From: Pirellula staleyi DSM 6068
GTDB taxonomy: Bacteria; Planctomycetota; Planctomycetia; Pirellulales; Pirellulaceae
DNA length: 64,000 nucleotides
Reading direction: 5' to 3'
Assembly: GCA_000025185.1 (NCBI GenBank)
Contig: CP001848.1
Location: forward strand, 1,671,699-1,735,698
Notes under the pieces: generated by a model
The model's database searches: none
What the model was told of the DNA's origin: nothing
What the model saw: the letters and a program-made list of their open reading frames with translations, nothing else
Program-made: the position numbers and the translations under genes
Shown: positions 22,901 through 31,198 of the stretch, piece after piece
Layout: every line of letters starts with the position of its first letter
How positions within the stretch are numbered: position 1 is the stretch's first letter

Positions 22901-25900
22901 TAACGGTCGAGTTGACTGTCAGGTCCGAAATTGTGGCGACATTGCCACCAAAGCTCGTGCTCGCCGCGCTGATCGTCACGTTGTTGAGCGGCTGATTATT
23001 GTCGCCGACTCCCGCGCCAAACGTCACGTTGCTGCTGCCAGTGCTAATCGTCAAGTCGGCTGCAAACAGGCTGCTGCCGTACTCGATGATATAGGCGTTC
23101 GACGAACCGACCCCCAGGTCGTTCCAAGTGCCGTTGGCGATCATCGTCGCCGCATCTTCATCGGGCGAGTTGTTCGGTTCACCGGTGCCGTTCCAGTTGG
23201 CATAGTTGCCACCCACCGTCACGCCGCCCGAGCCACTCCCTGTCCCTTGCCAGAACTGCACCCCTGCGTCAGGGCCGTCGGCCCAACGCCAAGCACCTTC
23301 CACCAAGACGTCGTTGGCGCCGATCCAAACAGTGGAGGTTCCACCAATCGAGCGGACATAAGCGTTTTCAGCAGCCGAACGAATGTTGACGAGATAGCCG
23401 CTCATTCCATCGAGCGTCGAAGCGAGCGCTAGTGCGCGAGCGTTTGTCCAGTTTTGACCAGCGCCGACAAACACATAGCCCTTCAGCGCGCGAACGTTGC
23501 CGGTGAAGCTCACCGAGCCATCGGTCCCTGCCAGCGAGTCGGTATCGAGCACCAGGCTTTCACCAATTCTCGCATCGCCGTTGATGGCAATCGAACCGGC
23601 ATTGGTACCCAGATCGGTGCTAATGTTGGCCGAGATTTCCGTGCGCTCGGCATTGATCGTCAGGTTGCCGGTGTTGGCAGCGTTGCCGAGTCCCAGTGCG
23701 CCGGTGATCCGCACGATATCGCTCGCGCCGTCGCCGTTGATCGTGACAGCCGACCGCAGATCGGAGCCAGGAGCAACCGTCAGCACTCCAGCATCGGCCC
23801 CCATGTTGATGGTGAGCTGCTGAGTCGGAACGCTAAACGTGGTGACTTCGAAGGTCGGAGTTCCGTTTTGACTCCGCAGACGGATGAGCCCGTCCCCAAG
23901 CAGTCCGTTATCTTCCAAGATCGCTTGGTCGCTGGTCCCCGGGAGATTGAAAATGGCGATCGCTGGCGAGGCATCGAAATCGGTGAGGACCGGTTCGAGG
24001 CCGGTGTAAGTGATCAGCGTGCCGTCGATGCTGATCGAGCCATCGGTGGCGTTCACATAGTTGTAGGTGACAGTGTTCGGGTTTCCGCCGAGCACTTCCA
24101 AATCGTCGCCATCGACACCTTGTGTGTTGCCATGGACGGTGATGGGAAGAGCGAAGATCCCGCCCGATGCGGTGTAGTCGATCACGAAGTCGTCGTCGCC
24201 ACCTTGGCCACTGATTTCCAGCGACGAGAGTTGCGACAGCGGAGTGTTGATCGTCAGCACGTTATCGATGAAGACTTGCAGATTGCCGCCACTGGTTTGA
24301 ACGCGGAAATCCTGGTCCAAATTGGTGCCGACCACGGTCGGAGTTTGATCGTAGGCGAGCGTCACGCTATTCGCGCCGTAGGTCAGCTGCATCGGCGCGC
24401 CGTTGATCACGACGAGCCCACTGGTGGGATAGTTGGCGAAAGTGCCACTGATGCCGCCAGCTGCCGAGACAAGCGTTAAGGTGTCGCCTGGGACAGGAAC
24501 ATAGCTTCCGGACAGCTGCAGGGTTGCGCCACTCAGAGCGATCGCGCCGCTGCTGCTGAGCGCGTCGTAGCTCCCCGCAGTGTTGCCGCTGATCACCAGT
24601 TCGACGATGCCAGTGGAGCTAAGCGCGGCACTCCCAACCGACAGCGTTCCGGTGGGATTGCCGGGGGCCACGGTCGAAAGCGCTGCTGCGGCAACCGCAC
24701 CTGCAATGGTGCCGGTCCCTTCGAGTCGCGCGCCGCTGGCAACGGTGACGTCGGTGGCAGCTGCTCCATCGACGAGCGAGCCATTCACGCGCAGCGTCCC
24801 TTGCGAAACCGTCGTGACGCCGCTGAAGTTGCTGCTGCCACCCAGCGTCAGCACGCCGGTCCCTTGCTTCGTGAGGAAGTTGTTCCCCAAGAGCGAAATC
24901 GAGAGAGCGGCCGGATCGATCACACGCCGACCAAACGGATTGGTGCCATCGAGCTGCTGCCAGAAGGCCTGCACTCCCGAACCGCCATTCCCTTCGTAGT
25001 ACGTGATTTCGATATCGTGCACACCGGCGGTCAAGACGATATCGCCTGTGCGTGTCGTCATCCCTTGCGAGAAGTTGTTGTCGACAACCTGCGTGCCATT
25101 GATGAAGAGCTTGCTACCGTCGTCGCTGCGGGTGCCGAAGCGGTACGTCGCATTTTCGGGAACGGTGATTTTTCCGACCCAGCGGCCACCGATGTTGTCC
25201 GCTCCAACATTCACGCCAACGCCTGCATAGACGTTGCCGTTGCTGCCGCCGCGCTCGATCGTGCCACCGAGTCCCGAGGTAATCTCCGTGCCGATACCGA
25301 AGTCGACAAAGCGGGTGAACTTGGTGGTGGGAAGCAGCGTGACGAGCTGATTGGGAAGCGCCACGGTGCCGGGCGAATTGAGCAGCGTGGTGGCCGAGCT
25401 GGGGAATGCGGGGGCGATCGAAGCGGCGTTGAAATACTGGCCGCGCAGACCACCGGGAACAAACGTTCCGGGCGTCGCGATGTCGTTGAGCAGCACGCTC
25501 GAAGGGATGATCTGCCGCGCGAACGACTGACTGCCAGCGCTCAATTGCCAGCTCGCTTGGATACCACCATTGCCACCACTGTCGAACGCTGCGATCAGGA
25601 TGTCGTAATCACCCGGGGTGAGATAAATGGTGCCGCTGCGGTTAGTCATCCCTTGCGCGAAGTTGTTATTCACCACTTCGCGACCATTGATGAAGAGCTT
25701 GCTTCCATCGTCGCTGCGGGTGGTGAATTGATAGTGGCCAGCCACCGTAATGCGGATCCGACCTTCCCAGTAGGCCGCCATGTCGTTGCCGACATTCACC
25801 CCAATGCCACCAAAGAAATTGCCGCTGCTGTCACCACGATCCAGGATCGAGCCATTGCCTGGAATGGTTTCTGTTCCACCACCGAAGTCGATCGTGGGGG

Positions 25901-28646
25901 TCAGGTAGTTGGCAACGGTGGGGATGTAGGACTGTAAGTTGATCGGCGTCGAAGCGACGTTGATCGGATTGAGGAACGTCGTAGCGCCGCCAGCACCAAG
26001 CGCGTAGTACTCGCCACGGAGACCCCCTTGCACATTGGCTGAGCTGCCGAGTCCCGTCACGTTGCCGGTGACGGTGGTGTTGCCACTTCCCGAGACGCGA
26101 AGACCCGAGAGTCCGACATCCATGCTGCCGATCGTCAGGCTCGTCCCATCGTTATGAATTCCCATCGTGCCACGATCGACGATCGCAGCCTTCACAGCGC
26201 CAGGGAGCGAAGTGCTTCCCGAGAGAATCACCAGTCCGGTGTTGCCCGCTGCGGCGACATTGCCGAGCGTGATATCTTCCCCAGCGCCAAAGGTCAGATT
26301 CCCTTGCAGCGCCAGCGTTGCGCCGTCACTCACGTAGGTGTCGCTCGTCGTGGTGCCGAGCGCGGCACTCGTTGTGGCCACGAGCGTTCCCCCTGTCACA
26401 CGTGTCGGTCCGCTATAGCTCGAGCCGGTGCCAGTGAGGGTGAGCGTTCCGGTGCCATGCTTCGAGAGACCACCATCGATCGTGCGCAAACTGGTCGCGC
26501 CACCACCGGCGGTTTCGCTCGGCGAGGTGTAGAGCAGGCCATCGACGGTGCTGGTGCCACTGTCGCTGATACCAAAACCAAAGGTCAATCCGAAGTTATT
26601 GGCAGGCACGGCACCACCGTCGCCACCACCATCGCCGAAGCGGATTTCGATGTTGTGCCAGCCGTCCCCGTTGGGGCCCATGCCAAGGTTCAAGCGACCG
26701 GTGCCGGTAGGTGTGCCAGCGTTGGTGTCGCGCAGGTAGAGAGCGCCGTCGATCGTGATCCGGACGTTGTCGTCCATCGATTCGGCAAACGAGACGATCC
26801 CATCGGCGTCGAAGAACTGACCGGTATAGACCCAAGTGACGTTATCGTTGAGCCAGTAGATGCCGGGGTTTCCGCCGACGCGCGACGTCGCATTGCCAGC
26901 CGGTGTGCCGAGTCGTTGCACGGTGCCAGGATTCGGGCTGGTTTCGTCGAAAGCGCCTGCGAGGAGCCCTTCGAGCAAGCCTTCCTGCTCGTAGCCCAGC
27001 ACGTTGCCGCTTACGAGAGTATTGCCGCTGCCGTCGATCTCCAGTTCAGCGCCGCCGCGAAGTGTGATATCGCTGGTGAGGTTCAGCTGCGACCCAGCAT
27101 TGGTGATCATCGCCTGGCCCAGCGCGGTGATCGGACCGGCGATGGTGGAGGTGCCACTCGCGAGGCGAATTGCGCCGTTGAGGTTGTTGCCACGCCCGTT
27201 GATCGAAAGGGCTTCCGAGGCGGGCAGATTCAAACCTGCAGCGACCAGCAGTTGGCCACCCGCTTGCACCAGCGTATCGCCGTCGCCTGAGCCGAGGGCA
27301 TTGTTACTCGTGATACTGACGACACCCGCATTGATGCGCGTCAAACCGACGTAGTTATTGCCAGTTCCGGCGAGGGTGAGTGTGCCGCCACCGTTCTTGA
27401 CGATGCCACCATCGGGCGTGCGCAAGCGCGTGGCGGTTCCATCGATCGTCTCTTCGAGCTTCTGCAGATCGGCGACGTTGCCATTCACGGCCGGATTGCC
27501 ACTTTCGCTCCAGGCAAAACCGTAGGTGCTGCTCCAACCGGTGAAACCGTTGGTGCTGCCACTCGCACCAGCGCCACCACCACCGTTGCTGAAGCGGACC
27601 TCGATATCGTGCCAGCCATCGCCGTTGGGACCCATCCCCAGGTTCAGCGTGCCGGTGCTCGTAGCGACATTCCAGACGCTGTTGTCGAGTCGCACGACCC
27701 CATCGATCACCACGTAGGTCCGGTCGTCGATCTGCTCGGCAAAGGCGACAACACCATCGGCGTCGTAGAACTGACCGTTGTAAACCCAAGTGGTAGTGCC
27801 AGCCCACGGCGCGACGGAGTTGGCAAACATCTGGCCAAAGCGGAAGCCGTTGGTGAGACCACCATAACCGGCGTAGATCGAGGTGCCGTTGTTAGCCGCG
27901 AACGACATGTTGCCGCTTTGCGAAGCTTCAAGCAGACCCTCTTGATAGCCGCCCAGTACGTTGCCCGTGATGTTCGTGCTGCCGTTGCCCGAGACCGTGA
28001 GAGTGGCAAATCCGAGGGTGACGTTGCCACTGATGTTATGCGTACCGGCGTCGACATTGATGGTGCCGGAGGTGGCGAGCGTGAGCGGGGTACTGATGGT
28101 GTTGCCACCTAAATCGTCGTCGATAGCGGTCCCGCCACCAAAATTTTGGGCATCGAGGATGAGCGGATTTCCGCCGAGCGAATAGCCGGTCCCTGTGAAG
28201 CGGAGGGCGTAGCGGTTGGTCGACAGCGTGTCGTTGAACTGCGTGAAGTTGGCGGCAGCGGCCGGGAAAACGAGAACGTCGCCATCTTGCGGCAGCGTGT
28301 TGGAGTCCCAGTTGGTGTTGGTTCCCGAGATCCCCCCGTTCCAGTTGCCATCGACGTCGCCGACCCAGGTGAGAGTGGCGAGCACTTCGCGGCGCTCGAG
28401 CGTTTCGAAGAACATGCGGCGCTTGGAGGCCAGAGTCGACTTCTTCTCACGACGGTCGCGGGGATTTTTAGCGCGAAGCGAAGCTGAACGACGATCGAGT
28501 GAACCTGAACTCATGAGCGAAACTCCAAGCTGCAAATTGACGGAGCGCGATCGACAGCCGCAGCGCGGTGGCTTTCCGAGGAAAGTAGCGACTGCGAAGA
28601 CGATCTCGCCGAAAATTTCCACCCCAGGAGTTCTGTTGCACTTCAA
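16185..28646 (-). CDS. Giant (about 4100 aa) secreted adhesin-like protein: autotransporter-type beta-strand repeats, 4 PA14-like domains, 3 cysteine-poor C-type-lectin-like domains, a long Thr/Ala/Ser/Gly-rich beta-helical repeat region and a C-terminal RTX Ca-binding beta-roll.
   Basis: One uninterrupted 12.4-kb ORF. PA14-like: DDGSKLFINGREVVNNNF...GDYDILIAAFDSGGNGGIQASWQ. CTLD-like: WIGANDVLVEGAWRWADGPD...NYANWN.GEPN...WNDL (x3). RTX: GGNDTL/GGGNDS/GSSGNDRIYG. Likely true start is ATG 28514 (MSSGSLDRR...KRRMFFETLERREVLATL). Confidence 0.85.
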   Translation of the reverse strand: MKCNRTPGVEIFGEIVFAVATFLGKPPRCGCRSRSVNLQLGVSLMSSGSLDRRSASLRAKNPRDRREKKSTLASKRRMFFETLERREVLATLTWVGDVDGNWNGGISGTNTNWDSNTLPQDGDVLVFPAAAANFTQFNDTLSTNRYALRFTGTGYSLGGNPLILDAQNFGGGTAIDDDLGGNTISTPLTLATSGTINVDAGTHNISGNVTLGFATLTVSGNGSTNITGNVLGGYQEGLLEASQSGNMSFAANNGTSIYAGYGGLTNGFRFGQMFANSVAPWAGTTTWVYNGQFYDADGVVAFAEQIDDRTYVVIDGVVRLDNSVWNVATSTGTLNLGMGPNGDGWHDIEVRFSNGGGGAGASGSTNGFTGWSSTYGFAWSESGNPAVNGNVADLQKLEETIDGTATRLRTPDGGIVKNGGGTLTLAGTGNNYVGLTRINAGVVSITSNNALGSGDGDTLVQAGGQLLVAAGLNLPASEALSINGRGNNLNGAIRLASGTSTIAGPITALGQAMITNAGSQLNLTSDITLRGGAELEIDGSGNTLVSGNVLGYEQEGLLEGLLAGAFDETSPNPGTVQRLGTPAGNATSRVGGNPGIYWLNDNVTWVYTGQFFDADGIVSFAESMDDNVRITIDGALYLRDTNAGTPTGTGRLNLGMGPNGDGWHNIEIRFGDGGGDGGAVPANNFGLTFGFGISDSGTSTVDGLLYTSPSETAGGGATSLRTIDGGLSKHGTGTLTLTGTGSSYSGPTRVTGGTLVATTSAALGTTTSDTYVSDGATLALQGNLTFGAGEDITLGNVAAAGNTGLVILSGSTSLPGAVKAAIVDRGTMGIHNDGTSLTIGSMDVGLSGLRVSGSGNTTVTGNVTGLGSSANVQGGLRGEYYALGAGGATTFLNPINVASTPINLQSYIPTVANYLTPTIDFGGGTETIPGNGSILDRGDSSGNFFGGIGVNVGNDMAAYWEGRIRITVAGHYQFTTRSDDGSKLFINGREVVNNNFAQGMTNRSGTIYLTPGDYDILIAAFDSGGNGGIQASWQLSAGSQSFARQIIPSSVLLNDIATPGTFVPGGLRGQYFNAASIAPAFPSSATTLLNSPGTVALPNQLVTLLPTTKFTRFVDFGIGTEITSGLGGTIERGGSNGNVYAGVGVNVGADNIGGRWVGKITVPENATYRFGTRSDDGSKLFINGTQVVDNNFSQGMTTRTGDIVLTAGVHDIEITYYEGNGGSGVQAFWQQLDGTNPFGRRVIDPAALSISLLGNNFLTKQGTGVLTLGGSSNFSGVTTVSQGTLRVNGSLVDGAAATDVTVASGARLEGTGTIAGAVAAAALSTVAPGNPTGTLSVGSAALSSTGIVELVISGNTAGSYDALSSSGAIALSGATLQLSGSYVPVPGDTLTLVSAAGGISGTFANYPTSGLVVINGAPMQLTYGANSVTLAYDQTPTVVGTNLDQDFRVQTSGGNLQVFIDNVLTINTPLSQLSSLEISGQGGDDDFVIDYTASGGIFALPITVHGNTQGVDGDDLEVLGGNPNTVTYNYVNATDGSISIDGTLITYTGLEPVLTDFDASPAIAIFNLPGTSDQAILEDNGLLGDGLIRLRSQNGTPTFEVTTFSVPTQQLTINMGADAGVLTVAPGSDLRSAVTINGDGASDIVRITGALGLGNAANTGNLTINAERTEISANISTDLGTNAGSIAINGDARIGESLVLDTDSLAGTDGSVSFTGNVRALKGYVFVGAGQNWTNARALALASTLDGMSGYLVNIRSAAENAYVRSIGGTSTVWIGANDVLVEGAWRWADGPDAGVQFWQGTGSGSGGVTVGGNYANWNGTGEPNNSPDEDAATMIANGTWNDLGVGSSNAYIIEYGSSLFAADLTISTGSSNVTFGAGVGDNNQPLNNVTISAASTSFGGNVATISDLTVNSTVSLATNVTVSGDDLQFASTIDSSGGARTLTANGRSSVIVGGNIGSGAVLTSVSMNAPLIVVDDVTTTGAQTFASTNSIITRATHTTSGGAVTFSGPLNVLSGTTINTAGGNVVFGGTVDTMSHYQIVASALTWSNARTAATSLSFLGTTGHLASIRSAVENSRINAIGSGTAWIGANDTAVEGAWRWADGPDNNVQFWSGAVGGSTVGGNYANWNTGEPNQSGDEDGAEFQFGTGGWNDLNITSTRNYIVEFNAASPQSLSVNAGAGTISAANVMGSIYRLSSVNFAGSNISLVGVDTTGTQTFTASGETTVARGNTTEGAAINFSGGVRLAGAVNINTTANGAVGAAVTFGGAVNQIASNHVNVNTGGPITWTAARAAALAAGGYLANITSPAENAAITATLGGGRAWIGASDLQTESTWRWMDGPEAGSIFWIGTAGGTAQNGFYTNWNSGEPNQSGDEDYAEIIGAGGWNDLTINNGAATRFILEYNPDLPLTITAGVGDVNFNGQVGNSRAPGSIVIASGDDVTFSQNTTAGSVSVTAANTIVSSALLSTTTTASLTSGGIINLGSTNIGSNFAVTAAGLISNSGNVVVVGALTKSGAGRFDLTGAGNSAGSTSVSTGELRVLGTLNSSVNVAAAATLSGTGSVVGALSGTGASLVAAGTGTSTTGTLATGNIVGSAGNVYSFEIGGLTPGDGGANTHDQLNTTGTINLGGATLNVSLLGGFTPNALTLQEIILITNDGTDAVVGTFAGLAEGAAVVVGGSTFYISYSADSAGPGAGNDVALYSQPIINGTAGADIVTVTAADGAGNITVTYSLNNGAVIGGYTTTTPPNAFTFYGGDSDDTLNVNLNAINVALPGGIYYDGEGQGSPVAAGGNPSFGDVLAIVGTGLQTATYTSDAVIARAGTITSDALAGTITFRGLEPVNMFNLASAVVNFGGAADTIDISAGFGATVATSAIPALVVSGNSGGVAFEQVHLSGNIAVEINTVTGGSDAADSVTITSGANAHANANITIDTGVGADTIEVDGPLMVGAGGAISLTSGGSISVNNTITAGLAVTLTALTGSISDGNGASVNVATGLLVAQAATGVANAIDLDTTITSLIVSTTGATNGNININETSGLAVSSATTVNGNITLTAASGDIAVTTITAVGDATLVATTGAITDANAGVLNVSASNLSATSASGIDLDTSIATLTASVTGTGAIDIDEASAITLTSITTNNGLVDITSATGTMTVTSINAAGAVNLAVTDTGAADDDIIVSGTLSSTSNVVLLAGDDATLSGTISATGTVSVTIDAASADVGGATLSFAGDIDAVSATFTGGAEIDTFNVRPDQDNGLASTPISIFGGDPTMPAGDLLVLDITGLGVPTLTLGAVNYSGVWSFGASAAGVAYSSIETVQTTPLTSVYNLVLDMRIAGFQNGAADAIEIFLSAPNVFEVEVNGLGKFSGQADTINSFTVIGSSDSESLTIRETAAGLPSFDGAAPLVDNSLASGGVSNGAHLNIAADAYYTASNLTDVTIHFDGGLGDNSLALELLTAADVGYFSDVLDGQGSGNVGVGPSGAPLTLVSFADLDTLILDGAGGNLVVDASSSTSTADIEISDDGAAADGVTEITADTGLVATTTFEGFLALDLIAGGGNEAIDLVNIDSTSSLTSIDIVAGSSLAATDNSAHTVRIHAIKSGVPVTVTGDIGVDTFQVFDSGNSASNIASTLSFNGVAGDDDSLIVVDSGSVSADSVVITRTTIEGLTIASGIDITFTSIDDLDVTTSGGADTIRVNMTEAANDLDTAVVTGAGDNDQFYVNAADFLARLTLNGGLGDDTFGGTPSSTAPGYLLSASELDGVDDMIRPSLTTPFFINGNDPSVLPGDVLNIDVSALGGGLAATSPVLVSSGQVLSSTHATVTFTTIEDLNLADDGEMTSATINDIYIRGTNGNDTIQFARANTTLEPSRTRVQIGSSYTYHNVPGKTLVYGRGGNDIINQSNLQIPAEFYGEAGDDFLTGSFNNDLLVGGLGNDRINASSGNNIVWGDDAPTSDELNPHELNIGGNDTLSALGGNDLFYAGGGNDSVSPGAGDDWIHGGYGNDQLSGSSGNDRIYGAQGNDTISGDVGDDFLSGGDGDDRLYGRDGNDVLIGGDGVDLVDGGNGNDLVLAAITTYQGTSDTATSNTYSSAVDAAMLALLVAWNSGGPVAPNLTHTDDLDRDTVYGGSGNDLFGTHTNADPLTSDIRGDFNNSQDTSL

Positions 28647-29191
28647 ACGCTCGGATCGCGCGGCGCAGTGAGCTCGAGCCGCAGCAACGAGTGAACGGTG
28701 CTGCGGATAAGCCAGTGTTGAGCGCGAAGCATCGCCGCACGGCGGCTGGCGATACTGGAAAACGCGGAGAGTTTCGACGAAGCAGGGGTTGCTAAGTAAC
28801 CTGAATTCCGTTGCGGTTACGAGGCAGGGCTACGAGCGAAAACTGACGCGAGGCGAGAGAAGTGGGAGAGGCACCTAGTGGGGGAAATTGGGGGAGGTAA
28901 GGGGAACGACTCGAGGCGATCTTGGATTCGTGGCGTGGCAGACTGCTGAGCGCAACGATCAGCGCTTCAGCATAGTTGGGGAGATCCAAAAACGCACCTT
29001 CTGACTAGACAATAATAAGGTGATCGTCAGCCAGTCAACAGAATTTAGTGCAAACTGGATGGAATGTGCACGCAGGGAACGCCTTTTGGGGTGGATAAAT
29101 GTCCGCAAATGGGAGTGGCGGAGAGGCGATTGACGTGCCAAAGCGGGTTTGAAGCAGCAGCCGTGAGATCGAAGCGGGCTGATCGGAACGC

Positions 29192-29227
29192 AAAAAAAGC
29201 TGAAGAACCTTGCGGCGCTTCAGCTTT
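29192..29227 (-). terminator. Rho-independent terminator (minus strand) after the DUF1080 gene.
   Basis: On the minus strand: aaagctgaag-cgccgcaaggtt-cttcagcttt followed by tttttgcg. Confidence 0.65.
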
Positions 29228-29282
29228 CATGATCTGGGTGAATAGTCGCGAAAACTATCGCAACTGTTTATCTATAAAGAAC

Positions 29283-29987
29283 TTAGGGTAGTTCTTTGAT
29301 GTAGATGTTGCGGAAGTAGAGCGTGTTGCCGTGGTTTTGGAGCTCGATCTGTCCGGTGGGGTAGATCGGCTTGTCTCGTTCCCAGTAGTTCTCGAGCGTG
29401 ACATCGGTGACCACGTTCTTGCCGTTGAGCTGGATCGTCACCTTTTCACCCACCATGCGGATGAAGAAGGTATTCCACTCACCCACTGGCTTATCGGCCT
29501 TCACTTCGGCCTGATTGGGGTTCTTTTGGTTGTTCCAGAGGCTTCCCGAGCCCTTGTTGGCACCGAGTTTCCAGAGAGGTTCGTGATCGGTGTCCCAGAT
29601 CTGAACCTGAGGGCTGCCACGGAGATAGATGCCGCTGTCGCCTGCTTTTTCGATCTTCCAGTCGACGTAGAGCTCGAAATTGGCGTAGTCCTTGGCGGTG
29701 CAGAGGCTGTCACCCTTGCCGTCGAACACAATGATGCCGTTTTCCACTTTCCAGTGGTCGCGCATCTTTTGATCGGCCTTCGCTTGGGCAGCGGCGAGAT
29801 CTTCCGGCTTCATCTCGGCGCGGCTCTTAGGATTGCCAACCAATCCCTTCCAGCCGGTGAGATCGACACCGTTAAACAGGGCCGTGAAACCTTCCGGGGG
29901 AGTGTTCAGCTTTTCCTCGGCAGCGGTTGCCGAGCACCAAACACCGAGGGCAACAAACAAACCAGCAAGCGTGAGCAACGAGCGCAT
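29283..29987 (-). CDS. DUF1080 (3-keto-disaccharide hydrolase-like) secreted protein.
   Basis: Start ATG 29987 (MRSLLTLAGLFVALGVWCSA signal). LFNGVDLTGWKG, WKVENGII, DYANFELYVDWK and GDSGIYLRG match the DUF1080 jelly-roll family. Confidence 0.75.
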   Translation of the reverse strand: MRSLLTLAGLFVALGVWCSATAAEEKLNTPPEGFTALFNGVDLTGWKGLVGNPKSRAEMKPEDLAAAQAKADQKMRDHWKVENGIIVFDGKGDSLCTAKDYANFELYVDWKIEKAGDSGIYLRGSPQVQIWDTDHEPLWKLGANKGSGSLWNNQKNPNQAEVKADKPVGEWNTFFIRMVGEKVTIQLNGKNVVTDVTLENYWERDKPIYPTGQIELQNHGNTLYFRNIYIKELP

Positions 29988-30322
29988 GGGCGCAAGCTCC
30001 AAAGACACGAGTAGCAAAGGTGGGATATCTAGCGGAGAGCGATCCACGATGGACCGGTCGCGGAGAGTCTAACGCACTTCCCGGGCGATAGCGAGCAAAA
30101 AAGAGGCCCAAAATCGGCTGAATCACCCTTCCGGCGGCGGCTTCCAATATTCCCGGTCCGCTGGCGAATAGAACGATAACGATCGCCGCAAAATAGGTGG
30201 CGAAAGTTAGTCACTGCTCGATTTCTCGTCTACGATGCAGGGAGATTTCCCAACCTGCGGCACGCAGCAACGCACGGGCTTGCTGCCCGATTCCGCCACC
30301 TCAATTTCGAGGAGGAGAGGCC

Positions 30323-31003
30323 ATGTTTGACAGCTACTTGTCGATCGTCTTTTTGGTCATGGCCGTTTTTGGCGGAACAATCCTGACGATTCAATTCGTC
30401 CTCACCGTGCTCGGTGTCGGGGGAGTCGATCTTGTCGAAACTCTGACCCACGATGCCGGTGATATCGCTGATGCCGATGGGTCGGGTGGTGACGCACACA
30501 GCCATCACGGGGGTAGCGATCAATCCGAAGATCCGCATGGTACGGCCTCGCTGCTGGGGATGATCTCGTTTCGAACCCTGGTGGCAGCCGCCACTTTCTT
30601 TGGTTTGGCAGGGCTCGCCGCTGCTGGTGGGCGTCAGCCGCAGGTGGTGCAGGTCGGCATCGCACTCTTAGCCGGCGCGGGCGCAATGTATGGCGTACAT
30701 TCGCTCATGCGGGCGATGGGTCGCCTTACCGAAGATGGCACCGTGCGAGTACGTAAAGCCATTGGCCTGGTGGCCACTGTCTACGTGCCGATCGCGGCCC
30801 ACGGCAAGTCGACCGGCAAAGTTCAGCTGTCGCTTCAGAATCGTGTGATGGAATACGAAGCGATTGCCAAAGCTAGCCATTCGCTCGCAACGGGAACGAA
30901 GGTCCGTGTGATAGCCGTCGAAGGAAATGTGCTCGAAGTCGAGCCTCTGGTGACAGAGACCACTGCTTCGCACGCTTCAGCCGAGACCAAAGCACACGCC
31001 TAA
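30323..31003 (+). CDS. NfeD/YqiJ-like membrane protein (N-terminal TM helices, C-terminal OB-fold) paired with flotillin.
   Basis: AGGAGGAG RBS before ATG 30323. The VRVRKAIGLVATVYVPIAAHGKSTGKVQLSLQNRVMEYEAIA...GTKVRVIAVEGNVLEVEP beta-barrel pattern is typical of NfeD partners of SPFH proteins. Confidence 0.55.
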   Translation: MFDSYLSIVFLVMAVFGGTILTIQFVLTVLGVGGVDLVETLTHDAGDIADADGSGGDAHSHHGGSDQSEDPHGTASLLGMISFRTLVAAATFFGLAGLAAAGGRQPQVVQVGIALLAGAGAMYGVHSLMRAMGRLTEDGTVRVRKAIGLVATVYVPIAAHGKSTGKVQLSLQNRVMEYEAIAKASHSLATGTKVRVIAVEGNVLEVEPLVTETTASHASAETKAHA

Positions 31004-31198
31004 GTTGCTTCTGCTTGGCCTACAGAAACAGAATCAACCAGCTGCGCTCGCTGTGCGCCTGCATCTGCGCACGCGCTCGGCTGCTCACGCTATCGACACG
31101 ATCCCAAACAACATCAAGACCACGACAACGATCACCACCAAGTAGCGCTGCACTACCGAGGCTCACCCCTCCGTCCAGAGATCAAGGAGTAACCCCCC

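Noticed and set aside
16200-28185. Many long ORFs on the plus strand and in alternative frames inside the giant gene (for example 16200-18824, 874 aa; 21657-23432, 591 aa; 18910-19974).
   Set aside because: They are antisense or out-of-frame to a single uninterrupted 12.4-kb ORF with clear domain content. The translations are low-complexity (Ala/Val/Arg/Gly-rich), typical of spurious ORFs in high-GC repetitive coding DNA.
30197-30322. Upstream extension of the NfeD-like ORF (MAKVSHCSISRLRCREISQPAARS...).
   Set aside because: A strong AGGAGGAG RBS sits immediately before the internal ATG at 30323, and the extension lacks signal or TM character.
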